Shown: positions 9,253-19,217 of the stretch, in pieces | How positions within the stretch are numbered: the first letter of the stretch is position 1 | Layout of the letters: the number at the start of each line of letters is the position of its first letter | Assembly: GCA_035513345.1 (NCBI GenBank) | Contig: DATKCF010000045.1 | Span: 1-55,643 of the forward strand | Length of the DNA: 55,643 nucleotides | Source: Longimicrobiales bacterium | GTDB lineage: Bacteria; Gemmatimonadota; Gemmatimonadetes; Longimicrobiales; RSA9 | Direction: 5' to 3' | Notes under the pieces: model-generated | The model's database searches: none | What the model was told of the DNA's origin: nothing | The model's input: only the letters and a program-made list of their open reading frames with translations | Made by a program: the position numbers and the translations under genes

Positions 9253-11685
9253 TCATTGTCGCCGTATTGCGTCCACCGGGTCGGCGCGTGACGCACGACG
9301 CGCTGGCAAGCAGCAGGCGAGCATTGCCGTTCCGCCCAGGACGAAGCTCATGGCACCGAACGTGAGCGGATCGGTCGGCGCGATATCGTAGATCAGCCCG
9401 CTGAGCAAGGTCGACACGGCCCACGAAGCGGCGAGCCCCATGACGAGTGCGATCACGACGAGCCGCAGACCCTGCCGCAGCACCAGGCCCACCACTTCCT
9501 GGCGGCCCGCACCCATCGCCATGCGTATGCCGAACTCGTGCGCGCGCTGGCCGGTCACATACGCCATCACACCGTAGATGCCGACGCATGCAATGAGCAA
9601 TGCGGCGAGCGCGAACACGCCAAGTACGACCGCGGTGAAACGCGGGCGAACGAGTTGCGCATCGAGCAGGCTGTCCATGGTCCGGACCGCGTAGATCGGG
9701 AGCAGCGGATCCTGGTCGCGGACCATCGCGCGCAGAATCGGCGCGAACGCGAGTGGATCGCCCTCCGTCCGGATGACCAGCGTCGCGAAATTGAAGCCCT
9801 GATGCTGATCGAGGTTCCAGTAGATCATCGAACCGGGTTCGACGCTCGGGCCATCGCTGCGAATGTCGCTCACGACACCGATTACTTCCGCCGTCAGCGT
9901 TTCGCCCCAATCCATCGAGATCAACCGCCCCAATGCGCTCGCACCCGGCCAGAACTCCTCGGCCATCGTCTCATTGATGACGACACGGAGCGTAGCATCC
10001 GCGACGTCGGTCTCATCGAACGTTCTGCCCGCGACCACGCCGATTCCCATTGTCCGGTGGAAACCGTGATGCACCCACTTGATCCCCGCGACCGGATACT
10101 CTCCTGCTGCCGGCAGCGGACGGTCGTTCACCCAGAAGCTCGTGCCGGTGCCCGGCCCCGCAAGCGGCAGCCACGTGATCGCGCTCGCATTGACGACACC
10201 CGGTGTTTCGTCGAGCCGGTCGATCAGTGCGTTGTAGAACTGTGACCTTGCCGATGCACCGTCATACCTCGTGGCCGGCAGCTGCACTTCTGCCGTGAGT
10301 ACGTTGCTCGTGTCCAGGCCGACGCCCACGTCGAGCATGCGGATCAGGCTCCGGATCATGAGTCCGGCGCCGATAAGCAGTACGAGCGACAGTGCGATCT
10401 CGGCCACGATCAGCCCGCTTCGCAGCCGTCTCGTATCGCGCCGGCCGTCGTCTCCGCTCCGCGACTTGAGCCAGGCCGCCATGTTCGACCGCACCACCTG
10501 CATCGCTGGCGCCAACCCGAACAGAACGCCCGCAAGGATGGTGGCGCCTGCGGCGAACAACAGCACACTCGTGTCGATTGCCACGTTCTCGAGCCGTGGG
10601 ATGTCCGGTCCGATCGCGTGTACGAATCCGATGGTCCATATCGTCAGAATGAGCCCCAGGAGTCCACCCGCTACGGCCAGTACGAGGCTCTCGGTGAACA
10701 TCTGGCCGACGAGACGCTGGCGACCCGCGCCCAGCGCGGCCCGCACCGCCACTTCCTGGTGCCGCTCCGACGTCCTCGCCACAAGCAGGTTCGCAACGTT
10801 CGCTACCGCGATCAGGAGCACGAACCCGACCGCGCCGAAGATCACGAACAGCAGGTCACGCGATTCCTTGCCGACGACCTCGTCTTCGAGCGCGACCACG
10901 TTGACGCCCCACCCGGTCTGACGCTCCGGGAACTCGTTCTCGAGACGGCTCGCGAATGCCGTCATCCGGCTCTGTGCGGCCTCGAGCGGCAATCCCTCAG
11001 GCAATCGGCCGATGACCTGCAGGTATCGGCCACTGAAGGTGCGCGCATCGTCGCCGAACTGGTGTGGTAGCCATACGTCCGCCGTCCCCGGATACGAGAT
11101 CGCTGACCCGAACTCGAACGAGAAATCGGCCGGCAGGACACCCACAACAGTGATCGAACGGCCGTTCAGCGTGAGCGTCCGACCGATAATGCCCGGATCA
11201 CCACCGAACCGTCGCTGCCAGAACCCGTGCCCGAGCACGGCGACATCGTCAGCGCCGTCGACATCTTCCGCCTCCGTATACGAACGGCCGGATGCGGCTC
11301 GAACGCCGAGGATATCGAAGAAGCTCCCGGACGCCGTCACCACGCCGACGCGCTCCGGCTCACCTTCGTTCGTCACGGTCCCACTCGCCGCGATCACCGC
11401 CGCCAGCGACTCGAACACACCTTCATCGCGCCACGCCAGGAAGTTCGCCGGCGATACCGGGTTCCGCGTCTGCTCCCGCGGTTGGTTGTGCTCCCAGACT
11501 GACACCAGCTCATCGGGACGATCGTACGGCAGCGGCTCCAGCAGGACTCCGTCGACAACGCTGAAGACAGACGTCGTCGCGGCTATGCCCAGTCCGATGG
11601 TGACCACGATCGTGGCGGACAGAAGCGGCCGCTTGAACAGCAACCGTAGTGCGTATCGCAGGTCGGACAGCACGTTCACCTCCAT
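9253..11685 (-). CDS. MacB-like/ADOP-family ABC transporter permease (duplicated FtsX, 810 aa), orphan with no adjacent ATPase
   Basis: N-terminus 'MEVNVLSDLRYALRLLFKRPLLSATIVVTIGLGIAATTSVFSVVDGVLLEPLPY' typical of the Acidobacteria/Gemmatimonadetes duplicated orphan permeases. Two FtsX modules. Confidence 0.85.
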   Translation of the reverse strand: MEVNVLSDLRYALRLLFKRPLLSATIVVTIGLGIAATTSVFSVVDGVLLEPLPYDRPDELVSVWEHNQPREQTRNPVSPANFLAWRDEGVFESLAAVIAASGTVTNEGEPERVGVVTASGSFFDILGVRAASGRSYTEAEDVDGADDVAVLGHGFWQRRFGGDPGIIGRTLTLNGRSITVVGVLPADFSFEFGSAISYPGTADVWLPHQFGDDARTFSGRYLQVIGRLPEGLPLEAAQSRMTAFASRLENEFPERQTGWGVNVVALEDEVVGKESRDLLFVIFGAVGFVLLIAVANVANLLVARTSERHQEVAVRAALGAGRQRLVGQMFTESLVLAVAGGLLGLILTIWTIGFVHAIGPDIPRLENVAIDTSVLLFAAGATILAGVLFGLAPAMQVVRSNMAAWLKSRSGDDGRRDTRRLRSGLIVAEIALSLVLLIGAGLMIRSLIRMLDVGVGLDTSNVLTAEVQLPATRYDGASARSQFYNALIDRLDETPGVVNASAITWLPLAGPGTGTSFWVNDRPLPAAGEYPVAGIKWVHHGFHRTMGIGVVAGRTFDETDVADATLRVVINETMAEEFWPGASALGRLISMDWGETLTAEVIGVVSDIRSDGPSVEPGSMIYWNLDQHQGFNFATLVIRTEGDPLAFAPILRAMVRDQDPLLPIYAVRTMDSLLDAQLVRPRFTAVVLGVFALAALLIACVGIYGVMAYVTGQRAHEFGIRMAMGAGRQEVVGLVLRQGLRLVVIALVMGLAASWAVSTLLSGLIYDIAPTDPLTFGAMSFVLGGTAMLACCLPARRASRADPVDAIRRQ

Positions 11686-11804
11686 TGCGGTGGTCCGGTC
11701 CGTTCAATGGAACCTGCGTGCCACAATGATCCGGCCTGCCATATCGTGGAACAACAATGTCTTACAGCGGATCGGCTGCGTGCGTGTCAGTCACCCGGGC
11801 GTCG

Positions 11805-13133
11805 TCAGCGGGACGCGTCGTCCCGTCCCCGGACACCGAGCCTGCGCGCCAGACGGCGAGCAAGCGCGATGATGGTCAGGACGGTGGGCCGGCCGAGCGC
11901 TTCCGGGAATACGCTCGCGTCGCAGACGTACAGCCCTTCGATCGGCGTTTGAAGGTCCGCGTCGACCGCGTCGCCGATGCGAACGGTGGCCGACGGGTGA
12001 GTCCCGCGCAGCGGCGTCATGAAGAGGGACCCTGCCCGGCAGCCAGCTTCGACGAGAATCGCCCTCGCCGCTTGCTCGGCGTCGGCGAGGCGCTCGCGGT
12101 CGGCACTGGTCAGGCCCTTGTGGATCGTGCCGTCATCCTCGATGCCGCCGCTGACCTCGTCGCGCAGCTTGATCATGACGCCTGCCGTTCGCCCCCAGCG
12201 CGGCCACGTCAACGGCCAGCGCGGGCCCTTCGTCGCCATGATGATCGGATACATCAGCCACGGATCGATCAGCGTCGAGAACAGCACGCCCCTGGCGTCG
12301 TCCTCGCAGCTCCAGGTCATGGGCGGGTCGCCACCCATGCCGTCCGCCTGCGCGACACCGTAGACCATCGCGGTCGTGTCCATCGCGATCCCGCGCCCGG
12401 CTTCGGTAACACCCGCGCCGCGAATCAGCTCGACCGATCCGATGCCGCCCGCCGCGATCACGACGCTTCGCGCACGAACTGCAAGCTCGCCATCGGGGCC
12501 CGTCGCAACGACGCCTGTCGCCCGACCGTCCTCGGTGATCACCCGTCGCGCTCGTGTCCGCGTGAGCAGCCGGCAGCCCGCGGCGACAGCGTCGTCGACG
12601 TATTCCGCCGCGCTCCACTTCGCTCCGCACCTGCAACCGAGCATGCAGCGGGCGCCGCAGTTCATCTCCGCACGCCGCGGGAACATGAACTTGTCCTGTG
12701 GCTGCCAGTCCATGCCGAGCGCGCGACCGGCTTCCGCCAACCTCGTCGACGCTTCGCCCCGCAGTTCCGGCGGCAACGGCGCGATGCCCAGCTCGCGGGC
12801 GGCCGTTTCCGCATCCGCCTCGACGTCCACGCCGTACCGCTCGCGCAACCATCCGGGCGGCGGTGCCGCGCACCCGCAGTACATGCTCGTCGCACCGCCG
12901 AGCATCAGCGGCCGGATGATGTTCAGCCCTTCGGCGGTGAACAGCATTGCATTGCGGTCGGCGTACAGCAGCGCGCCCGGGTACGTCCCGTAGAGCGCGC
13001 TGCCACGCCAGTCGCGGCCTCGCTCCAGCAGCACCACATCGCGTCCGGCGCGCGCCGTCTCCCGAGCCAGCGTCGCCCCGCCAGGCCCCGATCCGACGAT
13101 GACTATGTCCGCAGTCAGCTGCCGCTCTCCCAT
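11805..13133 (-). CDS. GMC-family FAD-dependent oxidoreductase (short form, ~440 aa)
   Basis: 'DIVIVGSGPGGATLARE' Rossmann FAD motif. A C-terminal 'GLYVCDASVFPEALG' GMC_oxred_C motif. The start is at the Met at 13133 (MGERQL..); the alternative is 13169. Confidence 0.8.
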   Translation of the reverse strand: MGERQLTADIVIVGSGPGGATLARETARAGRDVVLLERGRDWRGSALYGTYPGALLYADRNAMLFTAEGLNIIRPLMLGGATSMYCGCAAPPPGWLRERYGVDVEADAETAARELGIAPLPPELRGEASTRLAEAGRALGMDWQPQDKFMFPRRAEMNCGARCMLGCRCGAKWSAAEYVDDAVAAGCRLLTRTRARRVITEDGRATGVVATGPDGELAVRARSVVIAAGGIGSVELIRGAGVTEAGRGIAMDTTAMVYGVAQADGMGGDPPMTWSCEDDARGVLFSTLIDPWLMYPIIMATKGPRWPLTWPRWGRTAGVMIKLRDEVSGGIEDDGTIHKGLTSADRERLADAEQAARAILVEAGCRAGSLFMTPLRGTHPSATVRIGDAVDADLQTPIEGLYVCDASVFPEALGRPTVLTIIALARRLARRLGVRGRDDASR

Positions 13134-13268
13134 GCCCGCAACTTCACTGCGGCCACCCCTGATGTCCACCCGCCCGTCAGTTCCCCGCGCAACAGCCCGC
13201 CGCGGCTCGGCCTTCCGTTGTCCGGACGGGCTGGCCCCGGCCCTGCCACTGGCCTAGCCTTGACCGCC

Positions 13269-14144
13269 ATGAAAGTCCACCTCGTCGACGGCACCTACGA
13301 GCTGTTCCGGCATTTCTACTCGCCGGCCGCCCCGAATCCATCGGTCCCCGAGGACCGCCGCGCGGTTCACGGCGTCCTCGGCTCGATACTCGGCATGTTC
13401 GATGGCGGCGCGACGCACATCGGCGTCGCCACCGATCACATCATCGAGTCGTTCCGCAACAACCTGTGGCCCGGCTACAAGACCGGAGAGGGTATCGACC
13501 CGGTGCTGCTCGCGCAGTTCGAGCCGATCGAGGACGCACTCCGTTCGCTCGGCGTCGTCGTGTGGGCCATGGTCGAGTTCGAGGCCGACGATGCGCTCGC
13601 TGCGGCGGCTGCGCTCGCCGAGCGTGACGCGCGCGTCGAACAGGTGATCATCTGCACTCCCGACAAGGACCTGTCGCAGTGCGTTCGCGACGATCGTGTC
13701 GTACAGCTCGACCGTCGCTCGGGCGAGCTTCGCAATGTCGATGGTGTGCGCGCGAAATTCGGCGTTCCACCGTCCGCGATACCCGACTGGCTCGCGCTCG
13801 TCGGTGACAGTGCGGACGGGTTCCCGGGGCTGCCCGGCTGGGGCGCGAAGTCCGCCGCGGCCGTACTCGCGCGCTACGGCCGGATCGAGGACATTCCGGC
13901 GCGTGCGATCGACTGGGACATCACGGTGCGTGGCGCAATGAGGCTTGCGGCAACGCTCGCCGAACACAGAGAACAGGCCTTTCTGTTCAGGACACTCGCG
14001 ACGTTGCGCACGGACGCGCCGGTCGGCGCATCGGTTGATGCATTGGAGTGGAAGGGCCCATCAGGCGATTTCGAGAGAACGGCGATTGCGCTGGGCGACC
14101 CGGCACTGGCCGAACGTGCACAGCGCATCGCCCGCGCCCGTTGA
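13269..14144 (+). CDS. 5'-3' exonuclease / flap endonuclease family protein (PIN-like, Pol I N-terminal domain homolog, Xni/ExoIX-like)
   Basis: 'MKVHLVDGTYELFRHFY', metal-binding acidic clusters (FEADDALAAAA, TPDKDLSQ), and a helix-hairpin-helix region 'LVGDSADGFPGLPGWGAKSAAAVLARYG'. It forms the 3' part of the long 11757..14144 ORF, whose 5' part is antisense to the GMC gene. Confidence 0.85.
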   Translation: MKVHLVDGTYELFRHFYSPAAPNPSVPEDRRAVHGVLGSILGMFDGGATHIGVATDHIIESFRNNLWPGYKTGEGIDPVLLAQFEPIEDALRSLGVVVWAMVEFEADDALAAAAALAERDARVEQVIICTPDKDLSQCVRDDRVVQLDRRSGELRNVDGVRAKFGVPPSAIPDWLALVGDSADGFPGLPGWGAKSAAAVLARYGRIEDIPARAIDWDITVRGAMRLAATLAEHREQAFLFRTLATLRTDAPVGASVDALEWKGPSGDFERTAIALGDPALAERAQRIARAR

Positions 14145-14370
14145 CAATTGCATCTGAGGGACGGAATCCGGCGGGTCGTGAATCGATACGCCCAGTCGCC
14201 TGCCCCGTCCGCTCCCTCTGCGCCCCCCGCGTGAAACCCCCGGGCGCGAAACTGGAGGACGGACGTGTTTCGATCAGGGGACGCAGGGGGAGCGGAGAGC
14301 GCGGTGGCCCTTCGATGAGGCGTTCCGCGCGGACCTGATCGTGGAAGGCGCCGTAATATTCCTGCGACAA

Positions 14371-16305
14371 TCAGCCGGCCGCTTCGACGCTCTCCTCATC
14401 CGGGTCGATCGCAACCCAACCGTTCTCACGGAGCCACGACTCCGCACGCTCACGACTGGCTTCGACAATTGCGATATCCGCTTCATCGCGCTCGCGGTAC
14501 GGCGTTTCGTCAGAGGCTGGCCGTATGCCTCCCGGCCGACGCGCCGTCAGCATGAGCAGGGCGTCCTCCGGTCCTTCGGCCAGGTCATGCTCTGTGCCGG
14601 CGGTCGACTCGTTCTGCGCGTCGGCGGCCGGCTCCTTCTGCGCACCGGCGGACGGCGTGCGCGCCAGACGCCAGCGTTCGACAGTTGCCTCACCGTTGTC
14701 CAGACGCTCCGACCACGTAGTGACAGGGATGCCCTTCGAGAACAGGACCACAGCGCCGGCTTCGTGCACGTCCCCGAACGGAATACTGCGCGGTCCGGGC
14801 CGCAGCGCGACGTATACGCGGGGCGCCCGCGTCTCCGCCCGGACCTTGCTGGCCCACAGCAGATTGACTTCTTCATTGGGCGTCAGCGCGATGCAGCCGA
14901 GTTTCGAGTCGATCTCGGCGCGAGCGAGCACCGAGGCGTGCAGGCCCTGACCGTACAGTGTCCTGAATCCGCTGCGCTGCGCGGCCAGCACGCGGTCCGG
15001 GTTCGCGTCGATCAGTACGACATTCGGCTGGTCCTCGCGCAGCAGTCGGGCCAGCGCGCCGGACAGCCCGTTCGCGCCCAGGATCGCGTATCCGCTCGCT
15101 CCCGGGCGGCGCACATTGAGCGCTCGCGCTACGAAGCCGCCCGTCAGGCCGTTGATCGTAACAGTAGCCGCGATCACGACGAAAACGAGCGCCCGAAGCT
15201 CGAGGCCGCCTTCGAGACCGCGCGCTTCGATCGTGTCCGCGAACAGCGACGCGATGGCCGCCGCCACGATGCCACGCGGTGCGAGGAACGCGATGAACGC
15301 GCGCTCGTTCGCCGCGAGTTCTGTCCGGGCTGTGCACAACCATGCCTGGATCGGGCGGACGACCAGCATCAGCGCGACAACTGTCCATACTGCCGGCCAG
15401 CCCAGCGCATGCACGTTGGCCAGGCGAACGTCCGCGGCCAGCAGGACGAACAGCAGGCCGATCATGAGAACCGTCAACTGCTCCTTGAACTCGAGCAGGT
15501 TGCGCAGCAGACGCGTCCGCATGTTGCCGACCACCATTCCCGCGGCGACAACGGCTGCAAGTCCGCTCTCGTGAATCATCGCGTCGCTGACTTCGAACAG
15601 CACGACCACCAGGGACAGTACGAGAACGTTCTCGAGACCTTCGGGAATCAGGCCTTTCGGGCGCAGCATCAGCGTGATCGCGATACCGCCGGCCACCCCG
15701 AGCAGGACTCCTCCACCGAGAACGATCGCCGGTCTTGCCAGCGTGCTCGCAGCAGCGCTGCCTTCGATCGGAAACAGAAACTCCAGCGCGACGACGGCGA
15801 TGATCGCGCCGATCGGGTCGATCAGAACGCCTTCGGCTTCGAGAATCGTGCTCACCGACTGCTTGACGCGAAGCCGCCGTAGAAGGGGGGTCACTACCGT
15901 CGGACCGGTCACAATCACCAGTGAACCGAACAACACCGAAATCCGGAGATCCCAACCCATCAGGTAGTACGCGGCTGCCGTGCCGCCGACGCCCGTGATG
16001 ATGGCGCCGATCGTGACCAGCCGGCGGATTGAGGTCGCCTCCGCCCTCAACCTGCGCAGATCGAGATTCAGCCCGCCTTCGAACAGGATGATCGCGACGG
16101 CAATGCCGACGATCATCTGGACCGCACCACCCAGTGTGTCCGGAACAACGATGCCGAGCACGTCCGGGCCGAAGATCACGCCGCACGCGAGCAGCACGAC
16201 GATGCCCGGCATCTGGATGTGCCGTGCCAGAACCTGCGCGGCCATACCGATGGCCAGCGCAAGTGCGAATACCAGAGCGGCGCTTGCGTCCGCGACGTGC
16301 TCCAC
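14371..16305 (-). CDS. CPA1-family cation/proton antiporter (NhaP-type) with C-terminal TrkA/RCK domain
   Basis: A 12-13 TM N-terminal domain (..LFEGGLNLDL.., ..TGPTVVTPLLRRL..). The C-terminal 'AILGANGLSGALARLL..VVLIDANPDRV' is a Rossmann RCK domain. Confidence 0.85.
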   Translation of the reverse strand: MEHVADASAALVFALALAIGMAAQVLARHIQMPGIVVLLACGVIFGPDVLGIVVPDTLGGAVQMIVGIAVAIILFEGGLNLDLRRLRAEATSIRRLVTIGAIITGVGGTAAAYYLMGWDLRISVLFGSLVIVTGPTVVTPLLRRLRVKQSVSTILEAEGVLIDPIGAIIAVVALEFLFPIEGSAAASTLARPAIVLGGGVLLGVAGGIAITLMLRPKGLIPEGLENVLVLSLVVVLFEVSDAMIHESGLAAVVAAGMVVGNMRTRLLRNLLEFKEQLTVLMIGLLFVLLAADVRLANVHALGWPAVWTVVALMLVVRPIQAWLCTARTELAANERAFIAFLAPRGIVAAAIASLFADTIEARGLEGGLELRALVFVVIAATVTINGLTGGFVARALNVRRPGASGYAILGANGLSGALARLLREDQPNVVLIDANPDRVLAAQRSGFRTLYGQGLHASVLARAEIDSKLGCIALTPNEEVNLLWASKVRAETRAPRVYVALRPGPRSIPFGDVHEAGAVVLFSKGIPVTTWSERLDNGEATVERWRLARTPSAGAQKEPAADAQNESTAGTEHDLAEGPEDALLMLTARRPGGIRPASDETPYRERDEADIAIVEASRERAESWLRENGWVAIDPDEESVEAAG

Positions 16306-16346
16306 CGGCGCTCCCCGCTACACTATTGTCATGTCGGCAGAAGTGT

Positions 16347-18191
16347 TCAGTAGCCGCGCGCCTCGCCGTTGTGGCGAGGATCAGCGACCGCGATCCAGCG
16401 GCCGCCTCGCCGCATCACCATGTAGATTCGCGCATAGCCCGGCGCGAGTGATACGGGCGTCCAGCCCTTCTCCGATGCGCCCTCGAGAACCGCCGGAGCG
16501 AAGCCCGTCTCGATCTGCACTCGTCGCGTGTCAGGTGACGGGAACAGCCGGGGCATGCGGATCGCGTCGAGCGGGTCCATCCCGTAGTCGAGCGCGTACA
16601 CGATGGCCTGCACCATTGACGTCGGAATGAGGCCGCCGCCCGGGGCGCCCACGACCATCACGATGACGCCACCGTGCAGCACGAGCGTCGGTGCGATTGT
16701 CGTTCGCCGTGTGATCCACGGTGTACGCGATGGCAAGTCGATATTCTGCGGCGTGAACCGGAATCCCGAGTCGTTCAGGAAGAAGCCCCCGATGCTGGCA
16801 CCCGAACCGAACACCGTGCTGTTCGTCTGGGTGAGCGACACCGCGTTGCCATCCGCGTCGACGACAGAGATGTGCGTTGTCTCGGCGAGGTCGTCGGTCG
16901 ATGTGCCCGGCACAGGCGACGCGGCACGCTCGACCATCCGATTCGATCGCGTCGCGCCGGCCCGGGCCGAGCCGGTCGCGCCGTTGCCTGCACCGCCCGT
17001 CCGCGACGTTATCACGGGCGTCGTGCCGTACGGCTCGAACGGAACACACTGCGGCGGCACGTCGTCCGCATCGTGAGCCGTCGCGTCCGCCTGGGGCACC
17101 GAATCCGGGACAGTTGCCGCACCGACCAGCGTTCCGCGCTCCATCGCGAAACCCTGCGACACGATTCCTGCCGCGGGGACCGGCTGCCAGTTGGGGTCAC
17201 CATTAACCCGGTTGTCCGCAATGCCGACGCGCAATGCGCTCGCCATGATGTCGAACGCTTCCGCGGATCGCGTCGGCAGTCCGAGCGCTGCCATGTCGTG
17301 TGGCTCGATCAGTTCGAGCGTGTGCAGGACCTGCGATCCGGACTGTGGCGGCGGCGCCGACAGCAGCACACGGCCGCGGTAGTATGAACACAGAGGCCGT
17401 TCCCACTGCACGGTATAGCCGGTGAGGTCCGTCGCCGTTGCCGGGTTGGCGCCCGCGTTCAGGGCGGCGATCAGCGCACGCGCCGTTTCGCCCTCGTAGA
17501 AACCCGCCGCTCCACGTTCGGAAATCCGGCGCAATGTTGCCGCCAGCTCCGGATTGCGCAGCCGCTGGCCGGGCGCGAGCGGTTCGCCGCCCGGATACAT
17601 CAGGCGCATGGACGCTTCGAAGCGGCTCAGCTTCTCCCGGCTCGAGATGATGAACTCGGCAAGTACCTGGCTCACGGGAAAGCCATCCTCGGCAAGCTGT
17701 ATCGCGGGCGCCATCACCTGCTGGCGAGTGAGAACGCCGAAACGCTCGTGCGCCGCGAGAAGGCCGGCTACGTTGCCGGGCACGCCCACCACGCGCAGAT
17801 CGGCCGGCCCACCGTCGCCGTCAGGAACACGCCCGGCCGCAAACGCGGCTCGCCACGTGTCCGCGTTCTGCGCGGCATAGAAGTCAAGGTAGTCCGCGCG
17901 GCGCACGTCCTGCCTCCAGATCGTCATCGCGCCGCTGCCACCCACGCCCGACATCTGTGGCTCCACGACGCCGATCGCGAACGCCGCGGCGACTGCCGCG
18001 TCCACCGCGTTGCCGCCCGCCCGAAGTATGTGGAGCCCCGCTTCGCTCGCGTGCGCATCCGCCGTGGCGATCGCCGCGTGCTCCGCCACCACGCGTCGGC
18101 CCACATCCGGCGGCCCGGTCCGCGCGATGCCAACACCCGAAGCGCAACTCGCAAGCAGAACAATTCCGCCCACCACCAGTCCAGCTTTCAT
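16347..18191 (-). CDS. ggt: Gamma-glutamyltranspeptidase
   Basis: Signal peptide MKAGLVVGGIVLLASCASG. Catalytic 'TTHISVVDADGNAVSLTQTNSTVFGSGASIGGFFLNDSGFRF'. 'PGGGL' near the C-terminus. Confidence 0.9.
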   Translation of the reverse strand: MKAGLVVGGIVLLASCASGVGIARTGPPDVGRRVVAEHAAIATADAHASEAGLHILRAGGNAVDAAVAAAFAIGVVEPQMSGVGGSGAMTIWRQDVRRADYLDFYAAQNADTWRAAFAAGRVPDGDGGPADLRVVGVPGNVAGLLAAHERFGVLTRQQVMAPAIQLAEDGFPVSQVLAEFIISSREKLSRFEASMRLMYPGGEPLAPGQRLRNPELAATLRRISERGAAGFYEGETARALIAALNAGANPATATDLTGYTVQWERPLCSYYRGRVLLSAPPPQSGSQVLHTLELIEPHDMAALGLPTRSAEAFDIMASALRVGIADNRVNGDPNWQPVPAAGIVSQGFAMERGTLVGAATVPDSVPQADATAHDADDVPPQCVPFEPYGTTPVITSRTGGAGNGATGSARAGATRSNRMVERAASPVPGTSTDDLAETTHISVVDADGNAVSLTQTNSTVFGSGASIGGFFLNDSGFRFTPQNIDLPSRTPWITRRTTIAPTLVLHGGVIVMVVGAPGGGLIPTSMVQAIVYALDYGMDPLDAIRMPRLFPSPDTRRVQIETGFAPAVLEGASEKGWTPVSLAPGYARIYMVMRRGGRWIAVADPRHNGEARGY

Positions 18192-18267
18192 GGCTCCCCG
18201 CTCTCCAGCGACCAACCAGATCGGACAGGCCACACCGGCCAACGCACCCTTGAACGAGCGGCCATTG

Positions 18268-19194
18268 TCAGGTCAGGCCGCCCAGCCCCGCCACTTCCCT
18301 TGCCACTCTCACCGTCGTGCAGTGGATCTCCACCGTGTCCTCAGGATCGACCGCGTACCCGCCCGCCAGCGTGACTGCCACGGGCACGCCGGCTCGGCGT
18401 GCCGCATCGAGGACGAGCGCATCACGGTCGCGCAGTCCATCGAACGTCAGGCCCAGTCCACCGAGTTTATCGTGTCCATACGGGTCCGCTCCGGCAAGGT
18501 AGAACGCCAGGTCGGGCGAGTGAACCTCCAGCACCACGCGCAGGCTGCTCCGCAACTTCTCGAGATACTCCGCGTCGCCCATACCGTCCGCCAGACCGAT
18601 GTCCAGGTCGCCGCGCGGCTTGATGGCCGGGTAGTTGTTCTCCTGGTGCATCGAGAAAGTGAACACATCCGTGTCGCCTGCGAAAATCGCGGCAGTGCCG
18701 TTCCCGTGATGAACGTCCAGGTCGATCACCGACACTCGTCGGATCTCGCCTTTCTGCTGCAGCGTGCGGACCGCGACGGCGACATCGTTCACGAGGCAGA
18801 AGCCTTCACCGTGATCCGCGAACGCGTGGTGGAACCCACCGCCCAGGTGCACGGCGATGCCGCTTTCCAGAGCGAGTGCGCCAGCGCCGGCAGTGCCGCC
18901 GGCGCACAGCCACGCGGCCTTCCGTATCTCGTCGTCGTAGGGAATCTCGAGCAAGGCCCGCTCGGCAACGCTGAACCCGTCCAGCAGCATGCGACCGACG
19001 TACCCTGCCGTGTGGACGAGCCGGACCTCGGCATCCGTCGCCATCCTAGGCGAGACGAGGTCGGCGGCCGCGATCGTGCCCTCATCGAGTAGCCGCTCCC
19101 GCACGAGCCTGTATTTGCGGGTCGGAAACACGTGCGGTCCGATGTCCACCTCGTACGCGTCGCTCGTCACGACTGGCAATGCGTGCGCCGCCAT
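18268..19194 (-). CDS. Histone deacetylase-family protein (AcuC / acetylpolyamine amidohydrolase-like)
   Basis: 'HLGGGFHHAFADHGEGFCLVNDVAVAV', 'IDLDVHHGNGT', 'GADPYGHDKLGGL' are the class I/II HDAC zinc-site motifs. Confidence 0.85.
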   Translation of the reverse strand: MAAHALPVVTSDAYEVDIGPHVFPTRKYRLVRERLLDEGTIAAADLVSPRMATDAEVRLVHTAGYVGRMLLDGFSVAERALLEIPYDDEIRKAAWLCAGGTAGAGALALESGIAVHLGGGFHHAFADHGEGFCLVNDVAVAVRTLQQKGEIRRVSVIDLDVHHGNGTAAIFAGDTDVFTFSMHQENNYPAIKPRGDLDIGLADGMGDAEYLEKLRSSLRVVLEVHSPDLAFYLAGADPYGHDKLGGLGLTFDGLRDRDALVLDAARRAGVPVAVTLAGGYAVDPEDTVEIHCTTVRVAREVAGLGGLT

Positions 19195-19217
19195 TCCTCC
19201 GTGCAGGTGCGGTTCGA

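Noticed and set aside
11757-13268. 5' two-thirds of the 795-aa plus-strand ORF 11757..14144
   Set aside because: Only the last 291 codons (from the ATG at 13269) show 5'-3' exonuclease homology. The upstream part is antisense to a well-supported GMC oxidoreductase and is RPA-rich low complexity.
14873-16186. 437-aa minus-strand ORF and the 513-aa plus-strand ORF 14341..15882
   Set aside because: Both are alternative frames or antisense of the NhaP-type antiporter gene (14371..16305), which has clear multi-TM plus RCK architecture. Arg-rich shadow translations.
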